From Balanoglossus misakiensis (Eukaryota; Animalia; Hemichordata), in NCBI GenBank assembly GCA_040954595.2, contig CM082592.2:1426001-1490000 (forward strand): a stretch of DNA of 64,000 nucleotides. Reading direction: 5' to 3'. Below the pieces are notes generated by a model that was given only the letters and a program-made list of their open reading frames with translations, was not told the DNA's origin and searched no databases. Made by a program: the position numbers and the translations under genes. This document shows, piece after piece, positions 37,701 through 52,700 of the stretch. Position 1 is the first letter of the stretch, and every line of letters begins with the position of its first letter.

Positions 37701-40700
37701 TAAATGTGTTTTGTGATGTCAATCTTTGCATTAACATTAACCAGGCCAGAGTGGACACCCTCATGCCCATTAAATATGTTGTGTGAGGTCAACCCTTGCG
37801 TTAACATTAACCAGGCCAGAGTGGACACCCTCATGCCCATTAAATGTGTTTTATGAGGTCAACCTTTGCGTCAACATTAACCAGGCCAGAGTGGACACCC
37901 CCATGCCCATTAAATGTGTTTTGTGTTAACCAGGCCAGAGTGGACACCCTCATGCCCATTAAATGTGTTTTGTGAGGTCAACCTTTGCGTCAACATTAAA
38001 TGTGTTTTGTGTTGACCAGGCCAGAGTGGACACCCTCATGCCCATTAAGTGTGTTTTGTGAGGTCAACCCTTGCGTTAACATTAACCAGTCCAGAGTGGA
38101 CACCCTCATGCCCATTAAATGTGTTTTGTGTTAACCAGGCCAGAGTGGACACCCTCATGCCCATTAAATGTGTATTGTGAGGTCATCCTTTGCGTCAACA
38201 TTAACCAGGCCTGAGTAGACACCCCTATGCCCATTAAATGTGTTTTGTGAGGTCAACCTTTGCGTCAACATTAACCAGGCCAGAGTGGACACCCCCATGC
38301 CCATTAAATTTGTTTTGTGTTAACCAGGCCAGAGTGGACACCCTCATGCCCATTAAATGTGTTTTGTGTTAACCAGGCCAGAGTGGACACCCTCATGCCC
38401 ATTATATGTGTTTTGTGAGGTCAACCTTTGCGTCAACATTAAATGTGTTTTGTGTTAACCAGGCCAGAGTGGACACCCTCATGCCCATTATATGTGTTTT
38501 GTGAGGTCAACCTTTGCGTCAACATTAAATGTGTTTTGTGTTAACCAGGCCAGAGTGGACACCCTCATGCCCATTAAATATGTTGTGTGAGGTCAACCCT
38601 TGCGTTAACATTAACCAGGCCAGAGTGGACACCCTCATGCCCATTAAATGTGTTTTATGAGGTCAACCTTTGCGTCAACATTAACCAGGCCAGAGTGGAC
38701 ACCCTCATGCCCATTAAATATGTTGTGTGAGGTCAACCCTTGCGTTAACATTAACCAGGCCAGAGTGGACACCCTCATGCCCATTAAATGTGTTTTATGA
38801 GGTCAACCTTTGCGTCAACATTAACCAGGCCAGAGTGGACACCCCCATGCCCATTAAATGTGTTTTGTGAGGTCAACCCTTGCGTTAACATTAACCAGTC
38901 CAGAGTGGACACCCTCATGCCCATTAAATGTGTTTTGTGTTAACCAGGCCAGAGTGGACACCCTCATGCCCATTAAATGTGTATTGTGAGGTCATCCTTT
39001 GCGTCAACATTAACCAGGCCTGAGTAGACACCCCCATGCCCATTAAATGTGTTTTGTGAGGTCAACCTTTGCGTCAACATTAAATGTGTTTTGTGTTGAC
39101 CAGGCCAGAGTGGACACCCTCATGCCCATTAAATGTGTTTTGTGAGGTCAACCCTTGCATTAACATTAACCAGTCCAGAGTGGACACCCTCATGCCCATT
39201 AAATGTGTTTTGTGTTAACCAGGCCAGAGTGGACACCCTCATGCCCATTAAATGTGTATTGTGAGGTCATCCTTTGCGTCAACATTAACCAGGCCTGAGT
39301 AGACACCCCCATGCCCATTAAATGTGTTTTGTGAGGTCAACCTTTGCGTCAACATTAACCAGGCCAGAGTGGACACCCCCATGCCCATTAAATGTGTTTT
39401 GTGTTAACCAGGCCAGAGTGGACACCCTCATGCCCATTAAATGTGTATTGTGAGGTCATCCTTTGCGTCAACATTAACCAGGCCTGAGTAGACACCCCCA
39501 TGCCCATTAAATGTGTTTTGTGAGGTCAACCTTTGCGTCAACATTAAATGTGTTTTGTGTTGACCAGGCCAGAGTGGACACCCTCATGCCCATTAAATGT
39601 GTTTTGTGAGGTCAACCCTTGCATTAACATTAACCAGTCCAGAGTGGACACCCTCATGCCCATTAAATGTGTTTTGTGTTAACCAGGCCAGAGTGGACAC
39701 CCTCATGCCCATTAAATGTGTATTGTGAGGTCATCCTTTGCGTCAACATTAACCAGGCCTGAGTAGACACCCCCATGCCCATTAAATGTGTTTTGTGAGG
39801 TCAACCTTTGCGTCAACATTAACCAGGCCAGAGTGGACACCCCCATGCCCATTAAATGTGTTTTGTGTTAACCAGGCCAGAGTGGACACCCTCATGCCCA
39901 TTAAATGTGTTTTGCGTTAACCAGGCCAGAGTGGACACCCTCATGCCCATTATATGTGTTTTGTGAGGTCAACCTTTGCGTCAACATTAAATGTGTTTTG
40001 TGTTAACCAGGCCAGAGTGGACACCCTCATGCCAATTAAATGTGTTTTGTGAGGTCAACCTTTGCGTTAACATTAACCAGGCCAGAGTGGACACCTTCAT
40101 GCCCATTAAATATGTTGTGTGAGGTCAACCCTTGCGTTAACATTAACCAGGCCAGAGTGGACACCCTCATGCCCATTAAATGTGTTTTATGAGGTCAACC
40201 TTTGCGTCAACATTAACCAGTCCAGAGTGGACACCCCCATGCCCATTAAATGTGTTTTGTGTTAACCAGGCCAGAGTGGACACCCTCATGCCCATTAAAT
40301 GTGTTTTGTGAGGTCAACCTTTGCATCAACATTAAATGTGTTTTGTGTTGACCAGGCCAGAGTGGACACCCTCATGCCCATTAAGTGTGTTTTGTGAGGT
40401 CAACCCTTGCGTTAACATTAACCAGTCCAGAGTGGACACCCTCATGCCCATTAAATGTGTTTTGTGTTAACCAGGCCAGAGTGGACACCCTCATGCCCAT
40501 TAAATGTGTATTGTGAGGTCATCCTTTGCTTCAACATTAACCAGGCCTGAGTAGACACCCCCATGCCCATTAAATGAGTTTTGTGAGGTCAACCTTTGCG
40601 TCAACATTAACCAGGCCAGAGTGGACACCCCCATGCCCATTAAATTTGTTTTGTGTTAACCAGGCCAGAGTGGACACCCTCATGCCCATTAAATGTGTTT

Positions 40701-43700
40701 TGTGTTAACCAGGCCAGAGTGGACACCCTCATGCCCATTATATGTGTTTTGTGAGGTCAACCTTTGCGTTAACATTAATCAGGCCAGAGTGGACACCCTC
40801 ATGCCCATTAAATATGTTGTGTGAGGTCAACCCTTGCGTTAACATTAACCAGGCCAGAGTGGACACCCTCATGCCCATTAAATGTGTTTTATGAGGTCAA
40901 CCTTTGCGTCAACATTAACCAGGCCAGAGTGGACACCCCCATGCCCATTAAATGTGTTTTGTGAGGTCAACCCTTGCGTTAACATTAACCAGTCCAGAGT
41001 GGACACCCTCATGCCCATTAAATGTGTTTTGTGTTAACCAGGCCAGAGTGGACACCCTCATGCCCATTAAATGTGTATTGTGAGGTCATCCTTTGCGTCA
41101 ACATTAACCAGGCCTGAGTAGACACCCCCATGCCCATTAAATGTGTTTTGTGAGGTCAACCTTTGCGTCAACATTAAATGTGTTTTGCGTTAACCAGGCC
41201 AGAGTGGACACCCTCATGCCCATTATATGTGTTTTGTGAGGTCAACCTTTGCGTCAACATTAAATGTGTTTTGTGTTAACCAGGCCAGAGTGGACACCCT
41301 CATGCCCATTAAATGTGTTTTGTGAGGTCAACCTTTGCGTCAACATTAAATGTGTTTTGTGTTGACCAGGCCAGAGTGGACACCCTCATGCCCATTAAAT
41401 GTGTTTTGTGAGGTCAACCCTTGCGTTAATATTAACCAGTCCAGAGTGGACACCCTCATGCCCATTAAATGTGTTTTGTGTTAACCAGGCCAGAGTGGAC
41501 ACCCTCATGCCCATTAAATGTGTATTGTGAGGTCATCCTTTGCGTCAACATTAACCAGGCCTGAGTAGACACCCCCATGCCCATTAAATGTGTTTTGTGA
41601 GGTCAACCTTTGCGTCAACATTAACCAGGCCAGAGTGGACACCCCCATGCCCATTAAATGTGTTTTGTGAGGTCAACCTTTGCGTCAACATTAAATGTGT
41701 TTTGTGTTGACCAGGCCAGAGTGGACACCCTCATGCCCATTAAATGTGTTTTGTGAGGTCAACCCTTGCGTTAACATTAACCAGTCCAGAGTGGACACCC
41801 TCATGCCCATTAAATGTGTTTTGTGTTAACCAGGCCAGAGTGGACACCCTCATGCCCATTAAATGTGTATTGTGAGGTCATCCTTTGCGTCAACATTAAC
41901 CAGGCCTGAGTAGACACCCCCATGCCCATTAAATGTGTTTTGTGAGGTCAACCTTTGCGTCAACATTAACCAGGCCAGAGTGGACACCCCCATGCCCGTT
42001 AAATGTGTTTTGTGTTAACCAGGCCAGAGTGGACACCCTCATGCCCATTAAATGTGTTTTGCGTTAACCAGGCCAGAGTGGACACCCTCATGCCCATTAT
42101 ATGTGTTTTGTGAGGTCAACCTTTGCGTCAACATTAAATGTTTTTTGTGTTAACCAGGCCAGAGTGGACACCCTCATGCCCATTAAATGTGTTTTGTGAG
42201 GTCAACCTTTGCGTTAACATTAACCAGGCCAGAGTGGACACCCTCATGCCCATTAAATATGTTGTGTGAGGTCAACCCTTGCGTTAACATTAACCAGGCC
42301 AGAGTGGACACCCTCATGCCCATTAAATGTGTTTTATGAGGTCAACCTTTGCGTCAACATTAACCAGTCCAGAGTGGACACCCCCATGCCCATTAAATGT
42401 GTTTTGTGTTAACCAGGCCAGAGTGGACACCCTCATGCCCATTAAATGTGTTTTGTGAGGTCAACCTTTGCGTTAACATTAACCAGGCCAGAGTGGACAC
42501 CCTCATGCCCATTAAATATGTTGTGTGAGGTCAACCCTTGCGTTAACATTAACCAGGCCACAGTGGACACCCTCATGCCCATTAAATGTGTTTTATGAGG
42601 TCAACCTTTGCGTCAACATTAACCAGGCCAGAGTGGACACCCCCATGCCCATTAAATGTGTTTTGTGTTAACCAGGCCAGAGTGGACACCCTCATGCCCA
42701 TTAAATGTGTTTTGTGAGGTCAACCTTTGCGTCAACATTAAATGTGTTTTGTGTTAACCAGGCCAGAGTGGACACCCTCATGCCCATTAAATGTGTTTTG
42801 TGAGGTCAACCTTTGCGTCAACATTAAATGTGTTTTGTGTTGACCAGGCCAGAGTGGACACCCTCATGCCCATTAAATGTGTTTTGTGAGGTCAACCCTT
42901 GCGTTAACATTAACCAGTCCAGAGTGGACACCCTCATGCCCATTAAATATGTTTTGTGTTAACCAGGCCAGAGTGGACACCCTCATGCCCATTAAATGTG
43001 TATTGTGAGGTCATCCTTTGCGTCCACATTAACCAGGCCTGAGTAGACACCCCCATGCCCATTAAATGTGTTTTGTGAGGTCAACCTTTGCGTCAACATT
43101 AACCAGGCCAGAGTGGACACCCCCATGCCCATTAAATGTGTTTTGTGTTAACCAGGCCAGAGTGGACACCCTCATGCCCATTAAATGTGTTTTGTGTTAA
43201 CCAGGCCAGAGTGGACACCCTCATGCCCATTATATGTGTTTTGTGAGGTCAACCTTTGCGTCAACATTAAATGTGTTTTGTGTTAACCAGGCCAGAGTGG
43301 ACACCCTCATGCCCATTAAATGTGTTTTGTGAGGTCAACCTTTGCGTTAACATTAACCAGGCCAGAGTGGACACCCTCATGCCCATTAAATATGTTGTGT
43401 GAGGTCAACCCTTGCGTTAACATTAACCAGGCCAGAGTGGACACCCTCATGCCCATTAAATGTGTTTTATGAGGTCAACCTTTGCGTCAACATTAACCAG
43501 GCCAGAGTGGACACCCCCATGCCCATTAAATGTGTTTTGTGTTAACCAGGCCAGAGTGGACACCCTCATGCCCATTAAATGTGTTTTGTGAGGTCAACCT
43601 TTGCATTAACATTAACCAGGCCAGAGTGGACACCCTCATGCCCATTAAATATGTTGTGTGAGGTCAACCCTTGCGTTAACATTAACCAGGCCAGAGTGGA

Positions 43701-46700
43701 CACCCTCATGCCCATTAAATGTGTTTTATGAGGTCAACCTTTGCGTCAACATTAACCAGGCCAGAGTGGACACCCCCATGCCCATTAAATGTGTTTTGTG
43801 TTAACCAGGCCAGAGTGGACACCCTCACGCCCATTAAATGTGTTTTGTGAGGTCAACCTTTGCGTTAACATTAACCAGGCCAGAGTGGACACCCTCATGC
43901 CCATTAAATATGTTGTGTGAGATCAACCCTTTCGTTATTATTAACCAGGCCAGAGTGGACACCCTCATGCCCATTAAATGTGTTTTATGAGGTCAACCTT
44001 TGCGTCAACATTAACCAGGCCAGAGTGGACACCCCCATGCCCATTAAATGTGTTTTGTGTTAACCAGGCCAGAGTGGACACCCTCATGCCTATTAAATGT
44101 GTTTTGTGAGGTCAACCTTTGCGTCAACATTAAATGTGTTTTGTGTTGACCAGGCCAAAGTGGACACCCTCATGTCCATTAAATGTGTTTTGTGAGGTCA
44201 ACCCTTGTGTTAACATTAACCAGTCCAGAGTGGACACCCTCATGCCCATTAAATGTGTTTTGTGTTAACCAGGCCAGAGTGGACACCCTCATGCCCATTA
44301 AATGTGTATTGTGAGGTCATCCTTTGCGTCAACATTAACCAGGCCTGAGTAGACACCCCCATGCCCATTAAATGTGTTTTGTGAGGTCAACCTTTGCGTC
44401 AACATTAACCAGGCCAGAGTGGACACCCCTATGCCCATTAAATGTGTTTTGTGTTAACCAGGCCAGAGTGGACACCCTCATGCCCATTAAATGTGTTTTG
44501 TGTTAACCAGGCCAGAGTGGACACCCTCATGCCCATTATATGTGTTTTGCGAGGTCAACCTTTGCGTCAACATTAAATGTGTTTTGTGTTAACCAGGCCA
44601 GAGTGGACACCCTCATGCCCATTAAATGTGTTTTGTGAGGTCAACCTTTGCGTTAACATTAACCAGGCCAGAGTGGACACCCTCATGCCCATTAAATATG
44701 TTGTGTGAGGTCAACCCTTGCGTTAACATTTTTCAGGCCAGAGTGGACACCCTCATGCCCATTAAATGTGTTTTATGAGGTCAACCTTTGCGTCAACATT
44801 AACCAGGCCAGAGTGGACACCCCCATGCCCATTAAATGTGTTTTTTGTTAACCAGGCCAGAGTGGACACCCTCATGCCCATTAAATGTGTTTTGTGAGGT
44901 CAACCTTTGCGTCAACATTAAATGTGTTTTGTGTTAACGAGGCCATAGTGGACACCCTCATGCCCATTAAATGTGTTTTGTGAGGTCAACCTTTGCGTTA
45001 ACATTAACCAGGCCAGAGTGGACACCCTCATGCCCATTAAATGTGTTGTGTGAGGTCAACCCTTGCGTTAACATTGACCTGTCCAGAGTGGACACCCTCA
45101 TGCCCATTCAATGTGTTTTGTGTTAACCAGGCCAGAGTGGACACCCTCATGCCCATTAAATGTGTTTTGTGAGGTCAATCTTTGCGTCAACATTAAATGT
45201 GTTTTGTGTTGACCAGGCCAGAGTGGACACCCTCATGTCCATTAAATGTGTTTTGTGAGGTCAACCCTTGCGTTAACATTAACCAGTCCAGAGTGGACAC
45301 CCTCATGCCCATAAAATGTGTTTTGTGTTAACCAGGCCAGAGTGGACACCCTCATGCCCATTAAATGTGTATTGTGAGGTCATCCTTTGCGTCAACATTA
45401 ACCAGGCCTGAGTAGACACCCCCATGCCCATTAAATGTGTTTTGTGAGGTCAACCTTTGCGTCAACATTAACCAGGCCAGAGTGGACACCCCTATGCCCA
45501 TTAAATGTGTTTTGTGTTAACCAGGCCAGAGTGGACACCCTCATGCCCATTAAATGTGTTTTGTGTTAACCAGGCCAGAGTGGACACCCTCATGCGCATT
45601 ATATGTGTTTTGCGAGGTCAACCTTTGCGTCAACATTAAATGTGTTTTGTGTTAACCAGGCCAGAGTGGACACCCTCATGCCCATTAAATGTGTTTTGTG
45701 AGGTCAACCTTTGCGTTAACATTAACCAGGCCAGAGTGGACACCCTCATGCCCATTAAATATGTTGTGTGAGGTCAACCCTTGCGTTAACATTTTTCAGG
45801 CCAGAGTGGACACCCTCATGCCCATTAAATGTGTTTTATGAGGTCAACCTTTGCGTCAACATTAACCAGGCCAGAGTGGACACCCCCATGCCCATTAAAT
45901 GTGTTTTTTGTTAACCAGGCCAGAGTGGACACCCTCATGCCCATTAAATGTGTTTTGTGAGGTCAACCTTTGCGTCAACATTAAATGTGTTTTGTGTTAA
46001 CGAGGCCATAGTGGACACCCTCATGCCCATTAAATGTGTTTTGTGAGGTCAACCTTTGCGTTAACATTAACCAGGCCAGAGTGGACACCCTCATGCCCAT
46101 TAAATGTGTTGTGTGAGGTCAACCCTTGCGTTAACATTGACCTGTCCAGAGTGGACACCCTCATGCCCATTAAATGTGTTTTGTGTTAACCAGGCCAGAG
46201 TGGACACCCTCATGCCCATTAAATGTGTTTTGTGAGGTCAACCTTTGCGTCAACATTAAATGTGTTTTGTGTTGACCAGGCCAGAGTGGACACCCTCATG
46301 TCCATTACATGTGTTTTGTGAGGTCAACCCTTGCGTTAACATTAACCAGTCCAGAGTGGACACCCTCATGCCCATTAAATGTGTTTTGTGTTAACCAGGC
46401 CAGAGTGGACACCCTCATGCACATTAAATGTGTATTGTGAGGTCATCCTTTGCGTCAACATTAACCAGGCCTGAGTAGACACCCCCATGCCCATTAAATG
46501 TGTTTTGTGAGGTCAACCTTTGCGTCAACATTAACCAGGCCAGAGTGGACACCCCCATGCCCATTAAATGTGTTTTGTGTTAACCAGGCCAGAGTGGACA
46601 CCCTCATGCCCATTAAATGTGTTTTGTGTTAACCAGGCCAGAGTGGACACCCTCATGCCCATTATATGTGTTTTGCGAGGTCAACCTTTGCGTCAACATT

Positions 46701-49700
46701 AAATGTGTTTTGTGTTAACCAGGCCAGAGTGGACACCCTCATGCCCATTAAATGTGTTTTGTGAGGTCAACCTTTGCGTTAACATTAACCAGGCCAGAGT
46801 GGACACCCTCATGCCCATTAAATATGTTGTGTGAGGTCAACCCTTGCGTTAACATTTTTCAGGCCAGAGTGGACACCCTCATGCCCATTAAATGTGTTTT
46901 ATGAGGTCAACCTTTGCGTCAACATTAACCAGGCCAGAGTGGACACCCCCATGCCCATTAAATGTGTTTTGTGTTAACCAGGCCAGAGTGGACACCCTCA
47001 TGCCCATTAAATGTGTTTTGTGAGGTCAACCTTTGCGTCAACATTAAATGTGTTTTATGTTAACGAGGCCATAGTGGACACCCTCATGCCCATTAAATGT
47101 GTTTTGTGAGGTCAACCTTTGTGTTAACATTAACCAGGCCAGAGTGGACACCCTCATGCCCATTAAATGTGTTGTGTGAGGTCAACCCTTGCGTTAACAT
47201 TGACCTGTCCAGAGTGGACACCCTCATGCCCATTAAATGTGTTTTGTGTTAACCAGGCCAGAGTGGACACCCTCATGCCCATTAAATGTGTTTTGTGAGG
47301 TCAACCTTTGCGTCAACATTAAATGTGTTTTGTGTTGTCCAGGCCAGAGTGGACACCCTCATGTCCATTAAATGTGTTTTGTGAGGTCAACCCTTGCGTT
47401 AACATTAACCAGTCCAGAGTGGACACCCTCTTGCCCATTAAATATGTTGTGTGAGGTCAACCCTTGCGTTAACATTAACCAGTCCAGAGTGGACACCCTC
47501 ATGCCCATTAAATGTGTTTTGTGAGGTCAACCTTTGCGTCAACATTAACCAGGCCTGAGTAGACACCCCCATGCCCATTATATGAGTTTTGTGTTAACCA
47601 GGCCAGAGTGGACACCCTCATGCCCATTAAATGTGTTTTGTGAGGTTAACCTTTGCGTCAACATTAACCAGGCCTCAGTGGACACCCTCATGCCCATTAA
47701 ATATGTTATGTGAGGTCAACCCTTGCGTTAACATTAACCAGGCCAGAGTGGACACCCTCATGCCTATTAAATGTGTTTTGTGAGGTCAACCTTTGCGTCA
47801 ACATTAAATGTGTTTTGTGTTGACCAGGCCAGAGTGGACACCCTCATGTCCATTAAATGTGTTTTGTGAGGTCAACCCTTGCGTTAACATTAACCAGTCC
47901 AGAGTGGACACCCTCATGCCCATTAAATGTGTATTGTGAGGTCATCCTTTGCGTCAACATTAACCAGGCCTGAGTAGACACCCCCATGCCCATTAAATGT
48001 GTTTTGTGAGGTCAACCTTTGCGTCAACATTAACCAGGCCAGAGTGGACACCCCCATGCCCATTAAATGTGTTTTGTGTTAACCAGGCCAGAGTGGACAC
48101 CCTCATGCCCATTAATTGTGTTTTGTGTTAACCAGGCCAGAGTGGACACCCTCATGCCCATTATATGTGTTTTGCGAGGTCAACCTTTGCGTCAACATTA
48201 AATGTGTTTTGTGTTAACCAGGCCAGAGTGGACACCCTCATGCCCATTAAATGTGTTTTGTGAGGTCAACCTTTGCGTTAACATTAACCAGGCCAGAGTG
48301 GACACCCTCATGCCCATTGAATATGTTGTGTGCGGTCAACCCTTGCGTTAACATTTTTCAGGCCAGAGTGGACACCCTCATGCCCATCAAATGTGTTTTA
48401 TGAGGTCAACCTTTGCGTCAACATTAACCAGGCCAGAGTGGACACCCCCATGCCCATTAAATGTGTTTTGTGTTAACCAGGCCAGAGTGGACACCCTCAT
48501 GCCCGTTAAATGTGTTTTGTGAGGTCAACCTTTGCGTCAACATTAAATGTGTTTTGTGTTAACGAGGCCATAGTGGACACCCTCATGCCCATTAAATGTG
48601 TTTTGTGAGGTCAACCTTTGCGTTAACATTAACCAGGCCAGAGTGGACACCCTCATGCCCATTAAATGTGTTGTGTGAGGTCAACCCTTGCGTTAACATT
48701 GACCTGTCCAGAGTGGCACCCTCATGCCCATTAAATGTGTTTTGTGTTAACCAGGCCAGAGTGGACATCCTCATGCCCATTAAATGTGTTTTGTGAGGTC
48801 AACCTTTGCGTCAACATTAAATGTGTATTGTGTTGACCAGGCCAGAGTGGACACCCTCATGCCCATTAAATGTGTTTTGTGAGGTTAACCTTTGCGTCAA
48901 CATTAACCAGGCCAGAGTGGACACCCCCATGCCCATTAAATGTGTTTTGTGTTAACCAGGCCAGAGTGGACACCCTCATGCCCATTAAATGTGTTTTGTG
49001 AGGTCAACCTTTGCGTCAACATTAAATGTGTTTTGTGTTGTCCAGGCCAGAGTGGACACCCTCATGTCCATTAAATGTGTTTTGTGAGGTCAACCCTTGC
49101 GTTAACATTAACCAGTCCAGAGTGGACACCCTCATGCCCATTAAATGTGTTTTGTGTTAACCAGGCCAGAGTGGACACCCTCATGCCCATTATATGTGTT
49201 TTGCGAGGTCAACCTTTGCGTCAACATTAAATGTGTTTTGTGTTAACCAGGCCAGAGTGGACACCCTCATGCCCATTAAATGTGTTTTGTGAGGTCAACC
49301 TTTGCGTTAACATTAACCAGGCCAGAGTGGACACCCTCATGCCCATTAAATATGTTGTGGGAGGTCAACCCTTGCGTTAACATTTTTCAGGCCAGAGTGG
49401 ACACCCTCATGCCCATTAAATGTGTTTTATGAGGTCAACCTTTGCGTCAACATTAACCAGGCCAGAGTGGACACCCCCATGCCCATTAAATGTGTTTTGT
49501 GTTAACCAGGCCAGAGTGGACACCCTCATGCCCATTAAATGTGTTTTGTGAGGTCAACCTTTGCGTCAACATTAAATGTGTTTTATGTTAACGAGGCCAT
49601 AGTGGACACCCTCATGCCCATTAAATGTGTTTTGTGAGGTCAACCTTTGTGTTAACATTAACCAGGCCAGAGTGGACACCCTCATGCCCATTAAATGTGT

Positions 49701-52700
49701 TGTGTGAGGTCAACCCTTGCGTTAACATTGACCTGTCCAGAGTGGACACCCTCATGCCCATTAAATGTGTTTTGTGTTAACCAGGCCAGAGTGGACACCC
49801 TCATGCCCATTAAATGTGTTTTGTGAGGTCAACCTTTGCGTCAACATTAAATGTGTTTTGTGTTGTCCAGGCCAGAGTGGACACCCTCATGTCCATTAAA
49901 TGTGTTTTGTGAGGTCAACCCTTGCGTTAACATTAACCAGTCCAGAGTGGACACCCTCATGCCCATTAAATGTGTTTTGTGTTATTCAGGCCAGAGTGGA
50001 CACCCTCATGCCCATTAAATGTGTATTGTGAGGTCATCCTTTGCGTCAACATTAACCAGGCCTGAGTAGACACCCCCATGCCCATTAAATGTGTTTTGTG
50101 AGGTCAACCTTTGCGTCAACATTAACCAGGCCAGAGTGGACACCCCCATGCCCATTAAATGTGTTTTGTGTTAACCAGGCCAGAGTGGACACCCTCATGC
50201 CCATTAAATGTGTTTTGTGAGGTCAACTTTGCGTCAACATTAACCAGGCCAGAGTGGACACCCTCATGCCCATTAAATATGTTGTGTGAGGTCAACCCTT
50301 GCGTTAACATTTTTCAGGCCAGAGTGGACACCCTCATGCCCATTAAATGTGTTTTATGAGGTCAACCTTTGCGTCAACATTAACCAGGCCAGAGTGGACA
50401 CCCCCATGCCCATTAAATGTGTTTTGTGTTAACCAGGCCAGAGTGGACACCCTCATGCCCATTAAATGTGTTTTGTGAGGTCAACCTTTGCGTCAACATT
50501 AAATGTGTTTTGTGTTAACGAGGCCATAGTGGACACCCTCATGCCCATTAAATGTGTTTTGTGAGGTCAACCTTTGCGTTAACATTAACCAGGCCAGAGT
50601 GGACACCCTCATGCCCATTAAATGTGTTGTGTGAGGTCAACCCTTGCGTTAACATTGACCTGTCCAGAGTGGACACCCTCATGCCCATTAAATGTGTTTT
50701 GTGTTAACCAAGCCAGAGTGGACACCCTCATGCCCATTAAATGTGTTTTGTGAGGTCAACCTTTGCGTCAACATTAAATGTGTTTTGTGTTTACCAGGCC
50801 AGAGTGGACACCCTCATGCCCATAAAATGTGTTTTGTGAGGTCAACCTTTGCGTTAACATTAACCAGGCCAGAGTGGACACCCTCTTGCCCATTAAATAT
50901 GTTGTGTGAGGTCAACCCTTGCGTTAACTTTAACCAGTCCAGAGTGGACACCCTCATGCCCATTAAATGTGTTTTGTGAGGTCAACCTTTGTGTTAACAT
51001 TAACCAGGCCAGAGTGGACACCCTCATGCCCATTAAATGTGTTGTGTGAGGTCAACCCTTGCGTTAACATTGACCTGTCCAGAGTGGACACCCTCATGCC
51101 CATTAAATGTGTTTTGTGTTAACCAGGCCAGAGTGGACACCCTCATGCCCATTAAATGTGTTTTGTGAGGTCAACCTTTGCGTCAACATTAAATGTGTTT
51201 TGTGTTGTCCAGGCCAGAGTGGACACCCTCATGTCCATTAAATGTGTTTTGTGAGGTCAACCCTTGCGTTAACATTAACCAGTCCAGAGTGGACACCCTC
51301 TTGCCCATTAAATATGTTGTGTGAGGTCAATCCTTGCGTTAACATTAACCAGTCCAGAGTGGACACCCTCATGCCCATTAAATGTGTTTTGTGAGGTCAA
51401 CCTTTGCGTCAACATTAACCAGGCCTGAGTAGACACCCCCATGCCCATTATATGAGTTTTGTGTTAACCAGGCCAGAGTGGACACCCTCATGCCCATTAA
51501 ATGTGTTTTGTGAGGTTAACCTTTGCGTCAACATTAACCAGGCCTCAGTGGACACCCTCATGCCCATTAAATATGTTATGTGAGGTCAACCCTTGCGTTA
51601 ACATTAACCAGGCCAGAGTGGACACCCTCATGCCTATTAAATGTGTTTTGTGAGGTCAACCTTTGCGTCAACATTAAATGTGTTTTGTGTTGACCAGGCC
51701 AGAGTGGACACCCTCATGTCCATTAAATGTGTTTTGTGAGGTCAACCCTTGCGTTAACATTAACCAGTCCAGAGTGGACACCCTCATGCCCATTAAATGT
51801 GTATTGTGAGGTCATCCTTTGCGTCAACATTAACCAGGCCTGAGTAGACACCCCCATGCCCATTAAATGTGTTTTGTGAGGTCAACCTTTGCGTCAACAT
51901 TAACCAGGCCAGAGTGGACACCCCCATGCCCATTAAATGTGTTTTGTGTTAACCAGGCCAGAGTGGACACCCTCATGCCCATTAATTGTGTTTTGTGTTA
52001 ACCAGGCCAGAGTGGACACCCTCATGCCCATTATATGTGTTTTGCGAGGTCAACCTTTGCGTCAACATTAAATGTGTTTTGTGTTAACCAGGCCAGAGTG
52101 GACACCCTCATGCCCATTAAATGTGTTTTGTGAGGTCAACCTTTGCGTTAACATTAACCAGGCCAGAGTGGACACCCTCATGCCCATTGAATATGTTGTG
52201 TGCGGTCAACCCTTGCGTTAACATTTTTCAGGCCAGAGTGGACACCCTCATGCCCATCAAATGTGTTTTATGAGGTCAACCTTTGCGTCAACATTAACCA
52301 GGCCAGAGTGGACACCCCCATGCCCATTAAATGTGTTTTGTGTTAACCAGGCCAGAGTGGACACCCTCATGCCCGTTAAATGTGTTTTGTGAGGTCAACC
52401 TTTGCGTCAACATTAAATGTGTTTTGTGTTAACGAGGCCATAGTGGACACCCTCATGCCCATTAAATGTGTTTTGTGAGGTCAACCTTTGCGTTAACATT
52501 AACCAGGCCAGAGTGGACACCCTCATGCCCATTAAATGTGTTGTGTGAGGTCAACCCTTGCGTTAACATTGACCTGTCCAGAGTGGCACCCTCATGCCCA
52601 TTAAATGTGTTTTGTGTTAACCAGGCCAGAGTGGACATCCTCATGCCCATTAAATGTGTTTTGTGAGGTCAACCTTTGCGTCAACATTAAATGTGTATTG

